From a bacterium (GTDB lineage: Bacteria > Electryoneota > Electryoneia > Electryoneales > Electryoneaceae): a DNA stretch of 64,000 nt. This document shows positions 1 to 12,900 of this stretch, one piece after another. The notes below the pieces were generated by a model that saw only the letters and a program-made list of their open reading frames with translations, was not told where the DNA came from and ran no database searches. A program made the translations under genes and the position numbers. The DNA is taken from NCBI GenBank assembly GCA_963669175.1, contig OY769902.1, forward strand, positions 384,001 to 448,000, in the 5' to 3' direction. The stretch's first letter is position 1. Each line of letters begins with the position of its first letter.

Positions 1-1197
1 GGCGTACACCACATCACCAACCGTTTTCGCTACCGGGTCCGATTCCCCGGTCACGAAGCTGTAGTCAATGGCGCCGTCGCCCTTCATCAACACCGCGTCC
101 GCCGGGACCAGCTCCTGGTTGCGGATGATGACACGGTCGCCTGGCTCTATATTCAGCACCGGAACACTGCTCTCGCTGCCATCCGCCTCACGTTTCAACA
201 CCGCGATAGGGAAATAGCTGGTGTAGTCACGTTCAAACGACAACGATTCATACGTTTTCGCCTGAAACACCTTACCCACCAGCAACAGGAAAATCAGTCC
301 GGCCAGCGAATCGAAGTATCCCGTTCCGGTTCCGCTGATGACTTCGTAGCCGCTCCAGCCCAGCAAGGACAGGACACCCAGCGAAATCGGGACATCCAGG
401 TTCAGGAACCCTTTCCTGATCCCCTTCCATGCGCTTGTCAAATAATCCAGCCCGCTGAAGAAGACCACGGGCAACGACAGCACAAAACTGACCCACGCAA
501 ACACCGTCCTAAGCGTGGGCGGCACCTTGTCCGTACCCACCGCCAGGTAATCGGGAAACGCCAGCAGCATGACATTGCCGAAAACAAACCCGGCTACCCC
601 GATTTGCAGGTACAGGCGGCGACGATCTTCCTTACGTTCCTCACGTCCCAGGTCTTCCAGCCGGATACGGGGTTCATAACCCACGCTTGCCAGCAACTCT
701 ACAATTTCACGCAGGCTTTTTTCCTGCCGGTTCCAAGTGATCGTGACTTCCTTCTTCAGGAAGTTGACCACTGAACTGCTGACACTCGGCTCGATACGAT
801 ACATTTGCTCCAGCAAGTAAATGCAAGACGCGCAATGGATCGCGGGAACGTGCAGCGTGACCTTCGCGGTCACACCATCCGAAAAGTCAAGGAGCTGTTT
901 TTCAATCTCGGCGTCATCCAGGAAGCCCCATTTGACATTCCCGGCATCACCCTCCGGCGCTGCGCCCGGAGTATCAGATAACGAGTAGTAGGCGTCCATT
1001 TCGCTGTCATGCAGGAGCTGGTATACGCTCTTGCAGCCATGACAGCAGAACAGTTTGTCGCCGATACGGATATCGGCGTCCTTGCAGGTGTCCCCGCAAT
1101 GGGCGCATATCAGCTCGGGTTCACCGGGATTGATGACCAATCCACCCGGCAGCTCCGTATTGTCGTTTACTCCACTCGTTGTTCCAACCTCTCTCAT
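1..1197 (-). CDS. ccoI: Heavy-metal (Cu) P1B-type ATPase, CcoI/FixI type; N-terminal part only, truncated by the window edge
   Basis: Not in the ORF track; translated by hand. ATG at 1197 gives CAHCGDTC..FCCHGCKSVY (CcoI N-terminal metal-binding domain), an HMA-type IHCASC motif, TM segments and the actuator motif DYSFVTGES near position 1. Start codon uncertain. Confidence 0.88.
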   Translation of the reverse strand, partial: MREVGTTSGVNDNTELPGGLVINPGEPELICAHCGDTCKDADIRIGDKLFCCHGCKSVYQLLHDSEMDAYYSLSDTPGAAPEGDAGNVKWGFLDDAEIEKQLLDFSDGVTAKVTLHVPAIHCASCIYLLEQMYRIEPSVSSSVVNFLKKEVTITWNRQEKSLREIVELLASVGYEPRIRLEDLGREERKEDRRRLYLQIGVAGFVFGNVMLLAFPDYLAVGTDKVPPTLRTVFAWVSFVLSLPVVFFSGLDYLTSAWKGIRKGFLNLDVPISLGVLSLLGWSGYEVISGTGTGYFDSLAGLIFLLLVGKVFQAKTYESLSFERDYTSYFPIAVLKREADGSESSVPVLNIEPGDRVIIRNQELVPADAVLMKGDGAIDYSFVTGESDPVAKTVGDVVYA

Positions 1198-1199
1198 GT

Positions 1200-1439
1200 C
1201 TAACAGGATATTAGGATAATAGGATTTCAAGGATAACTGACTTAATTAAGAATGAAAAATTAAGAATTAAGAATTTAAATATCTCCATATAGAACATATT
1301 ATGGTTAAGTAAAATATCAAATCAGGTAGTATATCAAATATTTCTTTACTTTTTTTACCTTTTTTACCTTCTTTACTTTTTTTACATCCATCACATAATC
1401 TTTTATCCTTGATATCCTTTCATCCTATCATCCTGTGAG
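1200..1439. repeat. AT-rich intergenic element with 37-bp imperfect inverted arms (AGGAT ladder) enclosing TAAGAAT and TTTTTACC-like short repeats
   Basis: Left arm 1200-1236 CTAACAGGATATTAGGATAATAGGATTTCAAGGATAA; reverse complement of 1403-1439 is CTCACAGGATGATAGGATGAAAGGATATCAAGGATAA (31/37 identical). Confidence 0.9.
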
Positions 1440-1459
1440 TCGAATTTCCTGAAAGTCTA

Positions 1460-2866
1460 TCAGTAAGGATTGATGAATTCAGCCGAGTTGGGCAATTTCG
1501 GATCGTTCACCGGGATTGCCGCCTGTTTCGTGAACCGTGACCAGAACGCCCACAGGAACACCCCGCCGATCCCGACCATCGTGGTCAGGTCCAGCCAGGA
1601 CGGCACCGCGCTTTCCGGCTTGTGAATCGGCATCACATTCCAGTACAGGTCCACCCAGTGGAACACCAGCAGGTAGAATCCCCAGAACATCAGGATACCG
1701 ATGTTACGTTTCGCGCTACGGCTCATCACCAGTATAAACGGCACCACAAATCCCAGCACCGCCAACACTACACTCACCGCTTTCCAATCCCCCACCCAGC
1801 GCTGATGATAAAAGACTGTCTCTTCCGGAATGTTGGCGTACCAGATCAGCAGGTACTGACTGAATGCGAAATAGCCCCAGACAACCATGAAGGCGAACAA
1901 CAGTTTGCCCATATCATGAAAATGTTCTACGGTAATGGTTTCCTTCAGCACACCCTTTTTGTTCAACAGCACGGTGATAATGGACAGCAGCGCCATGATC
2001 CCCATGATGCCACCGGCGAAGTAATACAGGCCGTAAATGGTGGAATACCAGGCCGGCATAAGCGACATCAACCAGTCGAACGCCGCAAAAGTCGTCGTCA
2101 TGGCAAAGACAATGATTCCCGGTGCGCTGATCGTGCGGAACCGTTTTTTCTGAGCAGGATCGAAGCCCTCGCTATCCTGCCTGACTGATGTTTTCCACAA
2201 CATGAAGCCCAGCAGCGACCAGGCAATGAAATAGATAACGGTGCGAGCGATGAAGAACGGTGTATTCAGGTAGCCTGCCTTTTCACGGATCAACGCCATG
2301 TGGGCAGCGTGGCCGTGATCGTCATGCCCCTCGCCATGTGCTGCCATTGTCTCATGATCGCCACCATGAGCCGCATCCATCCCATGCGCTTCCGGATTCG
2401 GATCGACTTCGGCGTGATGAGATTTACCGGCATCGACCGTATGAGCGTCCGCGCCTGTTTCTGCATGTGCCGCCGGAATGAATGATACTCTTTCCACATG
2501 ATCTTGAGCGGTCGCATGACCGTCGCAGATGATGCGTTTCCACTCGTACAGGTCGCTCATGCCGATGAATACCGGGATCACGAAAATCGCCATGACCGGC
2601 AGGGTCATCATTACACTTTCCGCGATGCGACGCACCACCACACTCCACACCGCCCCGGTGATGTGGTGAATCATCACGAAGAACAACGCCCCCAACCCAA
2701 GCGACATCCAGAAGGCAAACGACACCAGCCAACTGAAGAAAAACTGTTCACGATTGATGAACAGCCCCGCCAAGCTGACCACCACGCCGACAATACCCAC
2801 GATCAGCGCGATCTTGCCAAACTTGCCCGGGTCTTCGAAGGTCTTCTTTTCCGCATCAAATCTCAT
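1460..2866 (-). CDS. actF: Alternative complex III subunit ActF (quinol:cytochrome c oxidoreductase membrane subunit) with a His-rich insertion
   Basis: Polytopic NrfD-like protein with FAAFDWLMSL..WYSTIYG, HDMGKLLFAF, YFAFSQYLLIWYANIPEE; last act gene. Start moved to ATG 2866 (AGGAG upstream) because the longer start lies in the repeat. Confidence 0.92.
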   Translation of the reverse strand: MRFDAEKKTFEDPGKFGKIALIVGIVGVVVSLAGLFINREQFFFSWLVSFAFWMSLGLGALFFVMIHHITGAVWSVVVRRIAESVMMTLPVMAIFVIPVFIGMSDLYEWKRIICDGHATAQDHVERVSFIPAAHAETGADAHTVDAGKSHHAEVDPNPEAHGMDAAHGGDHETMAAHGEGHDDHGHAAHMALIREKAGYLNTPFFIARTVIYFIAWSLLGFMLWKTSVRQDSEGFDPAQKKRFRTISAPGIIVFAMTTTFAAFDWLMSLMPAWYSTIYGLYYFAGGIMGIMALLSIITVLLNKKGVLKETITVEHFHDMGKLLFAFMVVWGYFAFSQYLLIWYANIPEETVFYHQRWVGDWKAVSVVLAVLGFVVPFILVMSRSAKRNIGILMFWGFYLLVFHWVDLYWNVMPIHKPESAVPSWLDLTTMVGIGGVFLWAFWSRFTKQAAIPVNDPKLPNSAEFINPY

Positions 2867-2886
2867 GTCCGTTCCACTCTCCTGAC

Positions 2887-3030
2887 CTAACAGGATATTA
2901 GGATAAAAGGATGTCAAGGATAACAACTTCTTCTAAAATTGATCCACTGCTTACAATTCCTAATTTCTAATTCCTAATTCCTAATTAAATCGCCCTTCAT
3001 TCTTAATTCTTAATTTTTAATTCTTAATTA
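2887..3030. repeat. Intergenic repeat: one AGGAT-ladder arm plus TTCCTAA/TTCTTAA heptamer runs
   Basis: 2887-2923 CTAACAGGATATTAGGATAAAAGGATGTCAAGGATAA; heptamer arrays at about 2956-2986 and 2996-3030. Confidence 0.88.
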
Positions 3031-3033
3031 CCC

Positions 3034-3645
3034 CTACTCCGCCTGAAGCTTCCTCACATACGATATGATCCGCCATCGGTCTTCCACCGGCACCTGTTCC
3101 CCGTATTTCGGCATGTTACGCACACCGTTGGTGATCACGTTGAAGATGTAGCCGTCAGTGAAGTTCTTGACCTTATCATCATGGAAGTTCGGCGGTTTCA
3201 TGAAACCCTTTTCGATCACGATCCCGTCGCCATCACCCTGGTTACCGTGGCACATGTTGCAGTAGATCTCAAATCGTTCCTTGCCACGCGCCCGGTCCTG
3301 TTCAGTCAACGTCATCGGGATAGCGGTCACTTCTTTGCCGTTGGCGTCCACACCCAGTTCCAACTCAACATCCTTGACCAGCCCGCCACGACGTACCGTG
3401 CCTTCCGGCGGTACACGCATTGAGGCACCGTTCTGGAAGAATTCGTTCTCGCTTTGTGGGATGAACTTTGGCTGGTTGTCCATGTTTGGGTTGATATGGA
3501 TAGGCGGCTTGGTTGAGGTCTGTCCCTGGCATCCGATCAGGACTACGATCAGCAGCATAAATGTGGCAACTGTCGCTAACCGACCAATTCCCCGGCCAGA
3601 CATGGCCGGGCTACCCGGATTGGAGTTACCTGTACGCAGCATCAC
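3034..3645 (-). CDS. actE: ACIII subunit ActE, monoheme cytochrome c lipoprotein
   Basis: Lipobox LIGC, NPNMDNQPK, a single CNMCH, distal GVRNMP; follows actD. Confidence 0.92.
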   Translation of the reverse strand: MMLRTGNSNPGSPAMSGRGIGRLATVATFMLLIVVLIGCQGQTSTKPPIHINPNMDNQPKFIPQSENEFFQNGASMRVPPEGTVRRGGLVKDVELELGVDANGKEVTAIPMTLTEQDRARGKERFEIYCNMCHGNQGDGDGIVIEKGFMKPPNFHDDKVKNFTDGYIFNVITNGVRNMPKYGEQVPVEDRWRIISYVRKLQAE

Positions 3646-4174
3646 TCCTCCTCCTCGAGCAGGTCCACATCGCCGCCGATCTCTTTCAGCAGGGCAGCGG
3701 TAGCATTGGCGTCAAACTGTGGATCGGACGCGAGAATGCTGATTGCGAACCCGTCATCCGTGACCTTACCGAAACGATCCGAGCTGAATACCGGATGGTG
3801 AAACTTCACATTTACCAGCCCCAGCATGCCGAACACGGAGGCAAGCACACTCAGCAGAACACCCAGGGCGAATGTGACCGGGAAAAACGCCTGGTAGCTG
3901 AAAAATCGCTTCCCGGCGATCACCAGCGGATACTCGATTGCACTGGTCCAGCCCTGCAACACCAATCCGCCGAACACTCCGGCGAAGGCAGCGCCTGCCA
4001 CAAGCCAGGGCAGTTTCGAACGTTTCATGCCCATTGCCTCATCCATGCCATGAATGGCGAACGGGCTGTGGGTATCCCATTTCCGGTACCCGGCGTCACG
4101 TACTTTCTCCGCCGCGTGTACCAGCGCTTCCGGGCTGTCAAACAGGGCCAATACGCCTGTAATCTTACGGTCGC

Positions 4175-4178
<4 letters not shown>
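3642..4178 (-). CDS. actD: ACIII subunit ActD (DUF3341)
   Basis: [16 protein letters not shown], two TM helices, YPLVIAGK; overlaps actC and actE. Confidence 0.92.
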
Positions 4179-5617
<1,439 letters not shown>

Positions 5618-5664
5618 TGGCGCTCACCAGGTATTTAAACAGTTCAGTTCATGACACTTTTGTA

Positions 5665-5850
5665 CTCACAGGATATTAGGATAATAGGATAGTAAGGATA
5701 ACTGCTTAATTAGGAATTAGGAATTAGGAATTAGGAATTAGGAATCACATATATCACGACTCATTTCCATTGTTTTGCCTATTTTCCTTACCTTTTTACA
5801 TTTTTTACTTCTTTTATCCTTGATATCCTTTTATCCTATCATCCTGTTAG
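5665..5850. repeat. Intergenic element with 37-bp inverted AGGAT-ladder arms and (TTAGGAA)5
   Basis: Arms at 5665-5701 and 5814-5850 (rc CTAACAGGATGATAGGATAAAAGGATATCAAGGATAA); heptamer run 5710-5744; the right arm contains the actB stop codon (5847-5849). Confidence 0.92.
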
Positions 5851-8840
5851 GCGTTGTTATCCAGTTCAGGATTGGGATTACGCAGTTTCGCCAGGTACGA
5901 CGTCCTTGGCCGGGTATTGATCTGCGCCAGGATTTCATAGTTCCGATCCAGCCTTTTATCTTTCGTGACCTGTTCTTCCTCATTCAGGATATTCCCGAAA
6001 CTGATGGCGTTGGTCGGGCAGGCCTGCTGGCAGGCGGTCACGACTTCACCCGCACGCAGCTCCCGTCCCTCACGTTTCGCGTACCGTTTCGCCCGCATGA
6101 TCCGTTGCAGGCAGTAGGTACACTTCTCCATCACGCCACGGAACCTCACGGTCACGTCCGGGTTCTGGGCCATCTTGATCGTCTCGGGATAAGCGTTGGT
6201 ATAGTTGTAGAAGTTGAACCGTCGCGCTTTATACGGGCAGTTGTTCGAGCAGTAGCGTGTGCCGATACAACGGTTGTAAGTCATGACGTTGAGGCCTTCT
6301 TCGTCATGGACCGTAGCCGCCACCGGGCAGACCTGTTCGCACGGCGCCATCTCACACTGCTGGCAGGCGACCGGATGATAGGCGATCTGGGGATTGTCTT
6401 CGTCGCCCGTGTAATACCGGTCCATGCGAATCCAGTGCATCTCACGACCATACCCGGCGGGTTCCTTGCCCACCACCGGAATGTTGTTTTCGCTTTGGCA
6501 GGCCACAGTACACGCCCCGCACCCAATGCAGGCGTTCAAGTCAACCACCATACCCCACTGGTTGCCGCTGGTGTATTCGTGCTCCACCCAGAGGCTTTGC
6601 AGGTCCGGGACATGCTCGGCATGTTTGGCGAACTCGGGCTCATGACGATAGCCGTCCAGCGTGTTCTCCAGCGCCAGCGCGCGCCCTTCCATGCTGCCAT
6701 GCTCCTGCACATTGGTAAGCGTGTACTGCGAGCCCATGGTCATGAGGTTGACATTCGGGACGATCCAGGGATGCCGACTGCTGCGGAATGGGAATACGTT
6801 GAATCCGGCGCCTTCGGCGATACGGCCCAGCTCGCTCAAGCCATTTCCCAACGGAAGCGTGAGCGAATGATCCGCATGCCCCGGCTGAATCCAGACCGGA
6901 ATTTCCAGGCTTAAACCGTCAGCCGTGGAAAGACGGACCATGTGACCATTTTCCAGGTTCAGATCGGAAGCGGTTTTCGGGCTGATCAGGGCCGCGTTGT
7001 CCCAGGCAAGCTTGCTGATCGGGTCCGGTAGTTCCTGCATCCAGCCGTTGTTGGCATAACGCCCATCATACAGGGTATTGTCCGGTACAAAAACAACTTC
7101 AATACCGCCCCCCGGATTCGGCTCTAGCCAGTTATTCCACAGATAGCTACTCATTCTGCCTGGATCAAAACGCACTTCGGCTGCCTCAGAAGCGCTTCCA
7201 TCGAGCGCCCCACAATGCAGCACCTTTTCCCAGTTGACCTTGCCCGGCATCGTCTGCCAGGTCTCTTTCACCAGGTCGTAATCGCTTACCTCCTCCCCCC
7301 GAATCAAATAAGCCAGGAAGGATACATCCGCTTTCCCACCGAAAAGCGGGGAAATCATCGGCTGCACAACACTCGCAGTACCATCAACCGAACGCACATC
7401 GCCCCAGGCCTCCATAAAATGCGCGCGTGGGATGTGCCAGGCGCTGAGATTAGCGGTTGCGTTCGCATATTGGCCGAAATGGATCACGGTCCCTGTGGTT
7501 TCCACCAGCGTCTTGAAACGGTAATCGCCCGGCAGGGTTTGTACCGGATCGCCACCCAGGAGAATCAGGGTATTCACTCTGCCATTGCTCAGGTTATCGA
7601 CCAGGCTGCGCATAGCTTCGTTGCGTGGCACATCCGCGTCCGGCATTTCGTGCAGGGTGAGAGTCGTTCCGAGATTATCCAACGCAATGTTGATCGCCAG
7701 CGCCAGGGCATGAAGCGCTTCATCCTGTTTGCGACCGACCAGAACGAGCGATTCGCCACGATGCTCGACCAGATCTTTAGCAATCGCCTTGACCTTTTCA
7801 CGTTCTATTCGGCTTTCACCCGTGCCCATTTTTGACTTGGGCGCACCGGGCACCTCAACGCCCAACGCCCCGAGCTGATTCGCCAGTTCGAGCAGGAAAC
7901 TGCCGATATTACTGCTTTTCATCCGGATACGATGATCGGCAGCAGCCCCGGTCACGCTGTAACCACTCTCCACGACATAAAGACGATTCATTTCGTCGTG
8001 AGGATTGGTCACTTTCCGTGCTTTCGCAAAGCTGACCGCATTACGGACATTATCGGTTTCCGTCATCAGGAAATCGCTGTCAACAGAAACAACACGTTTT
8101 GCATGTTCGAAATGATAGACAGGTTGGAAGAAAGTCTTCCGGTCCACTGCGGTAGCGATTCCTTTCAGGATGTTTTCATCGCTGACTGTATCCCAAGCCA
8201 CCCACTGCGCTTTCGGGAATTTGTTCAGAAATTCACGTTTCAAACGGGACAACGTGGGAGAATTAGAGCTTTTTGCCAGTACCGCAAAACCTTCACCCTG
8301 CAAGGGTTCCAGTTCTTCCACTTTGGCAGTCCAGGCATCCTTGAAACTGTCCCAGTTCGAACGGCTTTGCTTGTTCAGGACATACTTGGAACGGTCAGGA
8401 TCATACAGGTTCAGAATCTCCGCCTGCATCCAGGGATTGGTGCGTCCCAGGCTGGAAGGATGACGATCATTACCTTCTACTTTGGTTGGACGGCCTTCAT
8501 TGCAGGTGACCAGCAGGCCATAGGAAGTCGTGCCCATTGGCAAAGCAGTCGCATACTGCTCCGGATCACCCAATACCATGTATTCCGGCTGATCAGCGAA
8601 AGGCACGATTTTCTCGATGGGTCTGCGGCACCCTGCCAGTCCCGCCATGGCAAAGGAAGCGCCCATCACGGAGAGAAAACTGCGACGGGTGAGCTTTGTC
8701 TCATCCTGTTTCAGTTCTTCTTCCAGGTAGGGAAACTCGTTTTCGACCCATTTACGGAATTCGGGGCTTCCGGCTTTCTGCTCCAGGCTTCGCCAGTATT
8801 CCCGCCCCTGCAACGTCTTTTCCGGTTTTATCGATGACAT
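5847..8840 (-). CDS. actB: ACIII subunit ActB (fused molybdopterin-oxidoreductase-like plus Fe-S domains, Tat exported)
   Basis: YWRSLE, twin-arginine TRRSFL..LAGC, EGRPTKVEGN, Fe-S motifs CIGCGACTVAC, CQQCEMAPCEQVCP, CIGTRYCSNNCP, CTYC..CQQACP. Start placed at ATG 8840, overlapping the end of actA. Confidence 0.95.
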   Translation of the reverse strand: MSSIKPEKTLQGREYWRSLEQKAGSPEFRKWVENEFPYLEEELKQDETKLTRRSFLSVMGASFAMAGLAGCRRPIEKIVPFADQPEYMVLGDPEQYATALPMGTTSYGLLVTCNEGRPTKVEGNDRHPSSLGRTNPWMQAEILNLYDPDRSKYVLNKQSRSNWDSFKDAWTAKVEELEPLQGEGFAVLAKSSNSPTLSRLKREFLNKFPKAQWVAWDTVSDENILKGIATAVDRKTFFQPVYHFEHAKRVVSVDSDFLMTETDNVRNAVSFAKARKVTNPHDEMNRLYVVESGYSVTGAAADHRIRMKSSNIGSFLLELANQLGALGVEVPGAPKSKMGTGESRIEREKVKAIAKDLVEHRGESLVLVGRKQDEALHALALAINIALDNLGTTLTLHEMPDADVPRNEAMRSLVDNLSNGRVNTLILLGGDPVQTLPGDYRFKTLVETTGTVIHFGQYANATANLSAWHIPRAHFMEAWGDVRSVDGTASVVQPMISPLFGGKADVSFLAYLIRGEEVSDYDLVKETWQTMPGKVNWEKVLHCGALDGSASEAAEVRFDPGRMSSYLWNNWLEPNPGGGIEVVFVPDNTLYDGRYANNGWMQELPDPISKLAWDNAALISPKTASDLNLENGHMVRLSTADGLSLEIPVWIQPGHADHSLTLPLGNGLSELGRIAEGAGFNVFPFRSSRHPWIVPNVNLMTMGSQYTLTNVQEHGSMEGRALALENTLDGYRHEPEFAKHAEHVPDLQSLWVEHEYTSGNQWGMVVDLNACIGCGACTVACQSENNIPVVGKEPAGYGREMHWIRMDRYYTGDEDNPQIAYHPVACQQCEMAPCEQVCPVAATVHDEEGLNVMTYNRCIGTRYCSNNCPYKARRFNFYNYTNAYPETIKMAQNPDVTVRFRGVMEKCTYCLQRIMRAKRYAKREGRELRAGEVVTACQQACPTNAISFGNILNEEEQVTKDKRLDRNYEILAQINTRPRTSYLAKLRNPNPELDNNA

Positions 8841-9475
8841 CCGCTGCACACCTCCGGCGGGTTCAGGTTCAGTTCTTCCATCCGTTGTTGCGACCATTCG
8901 CCATGCCCAGCCGGTGGAATCCACATCATGTTGGTAAGCTCGGAAGGCGGACGAAGATTTGGCGCAGGATCACGGTGACATTCAAGACACCACCCCATGG
9001 ACAGGGGTTCTTCCTGCTGTACCACTTCCATCCCACGCACATTACCATGACAGGTCACACACCCGATGGATGCGCGCATGTGCGCTGAGTGGTCGAAATA
9101 GGCGTATTCCGGCACCTTGTGGATGCGGGTCCACTCGAGGGAAGTCTGGTTGCCCCAGCTCTCCTGGACCAGAAGCAGGTTGGGTTTGTCCACCGATACC
9201 AGTGTGTGACAATTCATGCACACTTTTGTAGTGGGCACGTTCGCAGGACGTGCGTATTCCACTTGGTAGTGACAGTACCGGCAGTCCATGCCCATGTCGC
9301 CCGCATGCAGCTTGTGGCTGTATTGCACAGGCTGAATGGGCCGATAGCCGACATCTGTGAACTTCGGGGAGCCCCAGTACCAGAAGAAAAATATCGCAAA
9401 GGCTACAAACAGAACTCCCGCAACCGCGGCAAGCGCAGGTAAAGCGTTTGCTTTTTTCGGAAAGATTTGTGCCAC
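8828..9475 (-). CDS. actA: ACIII subunit ActA, membrane-anchored pentaheme cytochrome c
   Basis: N-terminal TM, QPVQYSHKLHAG and five CxxCH motifs (CRYCH, CMNCH, CVTCH, CLECH, CSGCH). Confidence 0.95.
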   Translation of the reverse strand: MAQIFPKKANALPALAAVAGVLFVAFAIFFFWYWGSPKFTDVGYRPIQPVQYSHKLHAGDMGMDCRYCHYQVEYARPANVPTTKVCMNCHTLVSVDKPNLLLVQESWGNQTSLEWTRIHKVPEYAYFDHSAHMRASIGCVTCHGNVRGMEVVQQEEPLSMGWCLECHRDPAPNLRPPSELTNMMWIPPAGHGEWSQQRMEELNLNPPEVCSGCHR

Positions 9476-9971
9476 TGAAGAATACCTTTACCGTTTTGTT
9501 TTTCCGGTATTCCAAGCAACCGTCATGAAAAGATACTTGCTCCTTTTTTACCGAGAAAGAAGAATCTCGCATTTTTTTAGATTTAGGAGAAGCGAGGAGA
9601 ACAAGAGGTTTCATAGTCACAACTTGAAACCATACAAGGAGTAACCGTACGTGTTACCATCACCTAATTGACTTGTAGGGGGACAAGTAAGCCAACACTT
9701 ACATTGCAGCACCGCCCTGAGTTCATCTGGTATTGTTCTGAAATTTCTGTTTTGAAACGAGTGTCCATGTAGATGTAATACTTGACACCACTCATCTCTT
9801 TTAATCTGAACATCTTATTTACTCACAAATTCTACCTAACTATATTGGGCGTAAAGGAATCGCTGTTATTTACTCATGTTTGAGTGAAAAACAACTGGGT
9901 CACAATCGAGAACTGACGTTTTTCGGCTTGTTTTTCATCAAGTTACGTTCTCCCTTACAAAGCCAGGCTAC

Positions 9972-12900
9972 ATGGTGCCCAAACCAAAGCCCGAACAATC
10001 CACCTCAATGGAAGAGCAGGAGCTTTTCAACCAGGTTTTCACAAGAAATCCTGATGCTATTGTAATTGTCAGACGTAGCGATGCTGTTGTGCTGGCGGTT
10101 AACCCCGCTTTTACTGCACTCACAGGGTATGAAGAAAGGGAGCTGGTAGGAAAAACAACGATTGAAACTGGTTTCTGGGAGAATATGAAATCACGGAAAG
10201 AAACCATGAATTCAGTAATAACCCAAGGAAATTTGTATTATAGGACGAGGAAAATTCTTTGCAAGGATGGTTCGAATATTTTCATCGCATATACAACAAT
10301 TGCGCTCAATTATAAAAATCAGGATTGCTACATGAGTACCATCCGGAATGTGAATGAAACCGTCCGGTTGGAACAGGAACTGCGTGAAAGCGAGGGGATG
10401 TTCCGGGTATTATCTGAGCAATCGCTGCTGGGAATCAGCATTCTGCAGGACGATGTGTTCAAATATGCCAATCAGGCGTTTTGTGACATCCTGGGTTTTA
10501 CTCGTGAGGAAATTCTTAACTGGAAACCCGGGGAATATGTCAAGCAGCTTCATGATGGCGACCGGGATCTGGCCTATGAGCGTGGCAGGAAAAAACAGGC
10601 CGGTCACACCGACGTCATCGAGCATTACAGTTATCGCATTTTAAAGAAAGATGGTACAACTCGCTGGGTAGACCAGTTCTCCCGGACAATCAATTTCCGT
10701 GGAAAGTCTGCTGACCTGGTGACATTTGTTGATATTACAGAAATAAAGAAAACCGAAGAATCACTTCGCCGTAGTGAAACCATGTATCGTCTGCTGGCGG
10801 AGAACAGTTATGATATCATCTGGACATCGGACCTCAGGGGAAAGTACACCTACATTAGCCCATCACTTCCTCGTGTATTGGGATACCAGGATCTCGATGA
10901 AAAATCGCTGACGTTGAAAAGGATCCTGCACCCAGCGTCCTTTGCACGTGCCCGAAAAGCCACGATCCAGGTATATCGTGGTTTTACAAAAGCCAGGAAA
11001 ATGGAAAGCCGTACTTTTGAGGTTGAGGCTTTTCATAAAAACGGGAACACGATTTGGATTGAAGTTACCATTACCGCCCTCATGGATGATGACGGCAACC
11101 TGCTGGGGCTTCGTGGATCGGGTCGTGATATCCACGAAAAGAAGCTTGCGGAAATCGCTCTCAAACGCAGTGAAGAGCGCAACCGGGCCATGTTACAGGC
11201 GCTGCCGGATCTGATCTTCCGGATTGATCGCAATGGTGTTTACCTGGATTATCACGCCAATGTCCCCAGTGAATTGGCCATTTTCCCCTCTGAGTTTATT
11301 GGCACCCGAATAACAGATCACGAGTTTTCAAAAGCCTTCAGTAGCGAATTGTTGGCCATGATCCAGGAATCACTGGATCAGCAGCGTGTCTGCACCATGG
11401 ACTATCAGTTGAAACTTGATCAGACCAAATATCATTATGAAGCCCGAATATCCCCTTGTGGTGAAAACGATGTCATTCTGATCATTCGAAATATTACCTC
11501 ACGCACACAAGCCCAGGAACTGGTCAAGGAAAGCGAACAACGCTACCGTACTCTCTTCGAACGATCGCCTATCGGTGTATTGCAGATTGACGTTGATGGA
11601 CACATCCTGAATGCCAATCCTAAACTGATAGAGATTCTTCACTCTCCATCCCTGGAAGCAACACGACAAATCAATGTTCTTACCTATCCGCCGCTGGTGG
11701 AAGCGGGATTAAACACGGCTGTTAAACGATGCCTTAAAACAGGTGAGAGTTTTGTCACTGAACACGAATACACCAGTAAATGGGGATTAACCGGCTATTT
11801 CCGTGTTCACCTGGCCCCGGTGCTCAATGACAGGAATCTTGTTATTGGCGCTCAACTCCTGGTAGAGGATTTCACCCAATCCAAAATAGCTGAACAGGAA
11901 CGTATCGCCTTGGAGAAACAGGTTCTGGAAACTCAGAATCTGGAATCTATCAGCGTTCTTGCCGGGGGAATTGCGCATGATTTCAACAATCTGCTTGCGG
12001 GAATTATGGGCAACGCTGACCTGGCGATGATGGCAATCCCGAAAGAATCAAAAGCACGGGACAGCATTGAGAAAATCCTGGCTTCAGCGGAACGTGCCGC
12101 CGAATTGACAAACCAGATGCTGGCCTATTCCGGCAAAGGACAATTCATTATCCAGTCGGTCAACTTGACAGACATTGTTGAAGATATCGCGCAACTTGTT
12201 CGAGTTTCCATTTCAAGAAAAGCGAACTTGAATTTACGGCTCGATCACAACCTGGAAGCCATCCGGGCTGATGCCACTCAACTGCGTCAAATTGTAATGA
12301 ACCTCATTATCAATGCCTCTGACGCTCTGGGCGACAATATCGGGAATATCTTCGTGGAAACCGGTATGACTCAGCTCACCATCAACGAATTGGGCGACAT
12401 GCTTGTTTCTGATGAATTCAACGAAGGACGGTTTGTGTTTATACGTGTTGCTGATACAGGCCACGGCATGAGCGAGGACACCCTTTCGAAGATCTTCAAC
12501 CCCTTCTTTACAACCAAGTTTACCGGACGCGGCCTGGGATTGTCAGCGACCCTGGGAATTGTTCGAAGTCATGGTGGCGCTATTCGAGTAAACAGTAAAA
12601 TCAACGAGGGCACTGAATTTCTCCTGTATTTTCCGAGCTCCGGTACAGAGAAGATTCATACGACCATTGCTTCGCATGGTGGACTGGTTACCGGTTCCGG
12701 TACAATCCTTGTCGTTGATGATGAAGAGTCCGTACGGGAATTCGTACGGGAAGTTCTGGAGATGGTTGGCTACGACACCATCCTGGCGGAAAACGGAAGT
12801 GATGCACTTCAGAAATTCCAGGAACACAAACACGAGATAGATCTGATTCTGTTGGACCTGGTAATGCCAAAACTCAGCGGTGAAGAAGTTTTTAAACAAC

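Noticed and set aside
2867-2926. N-terminal extension of ActF in the ORF track (MLSLTSFYPNILLG)
   Set aside because: It is a translation of the repeat arm; the downstream ATG at 2866 has an RBS.
9476-9971. FNR/Rex-type box in the divergent actA / kinase promoter region
   Set aside because: No convincing TTGAT-N4-ATCAA or TTGTGAA-N4-TTCACAA match was found by eye.
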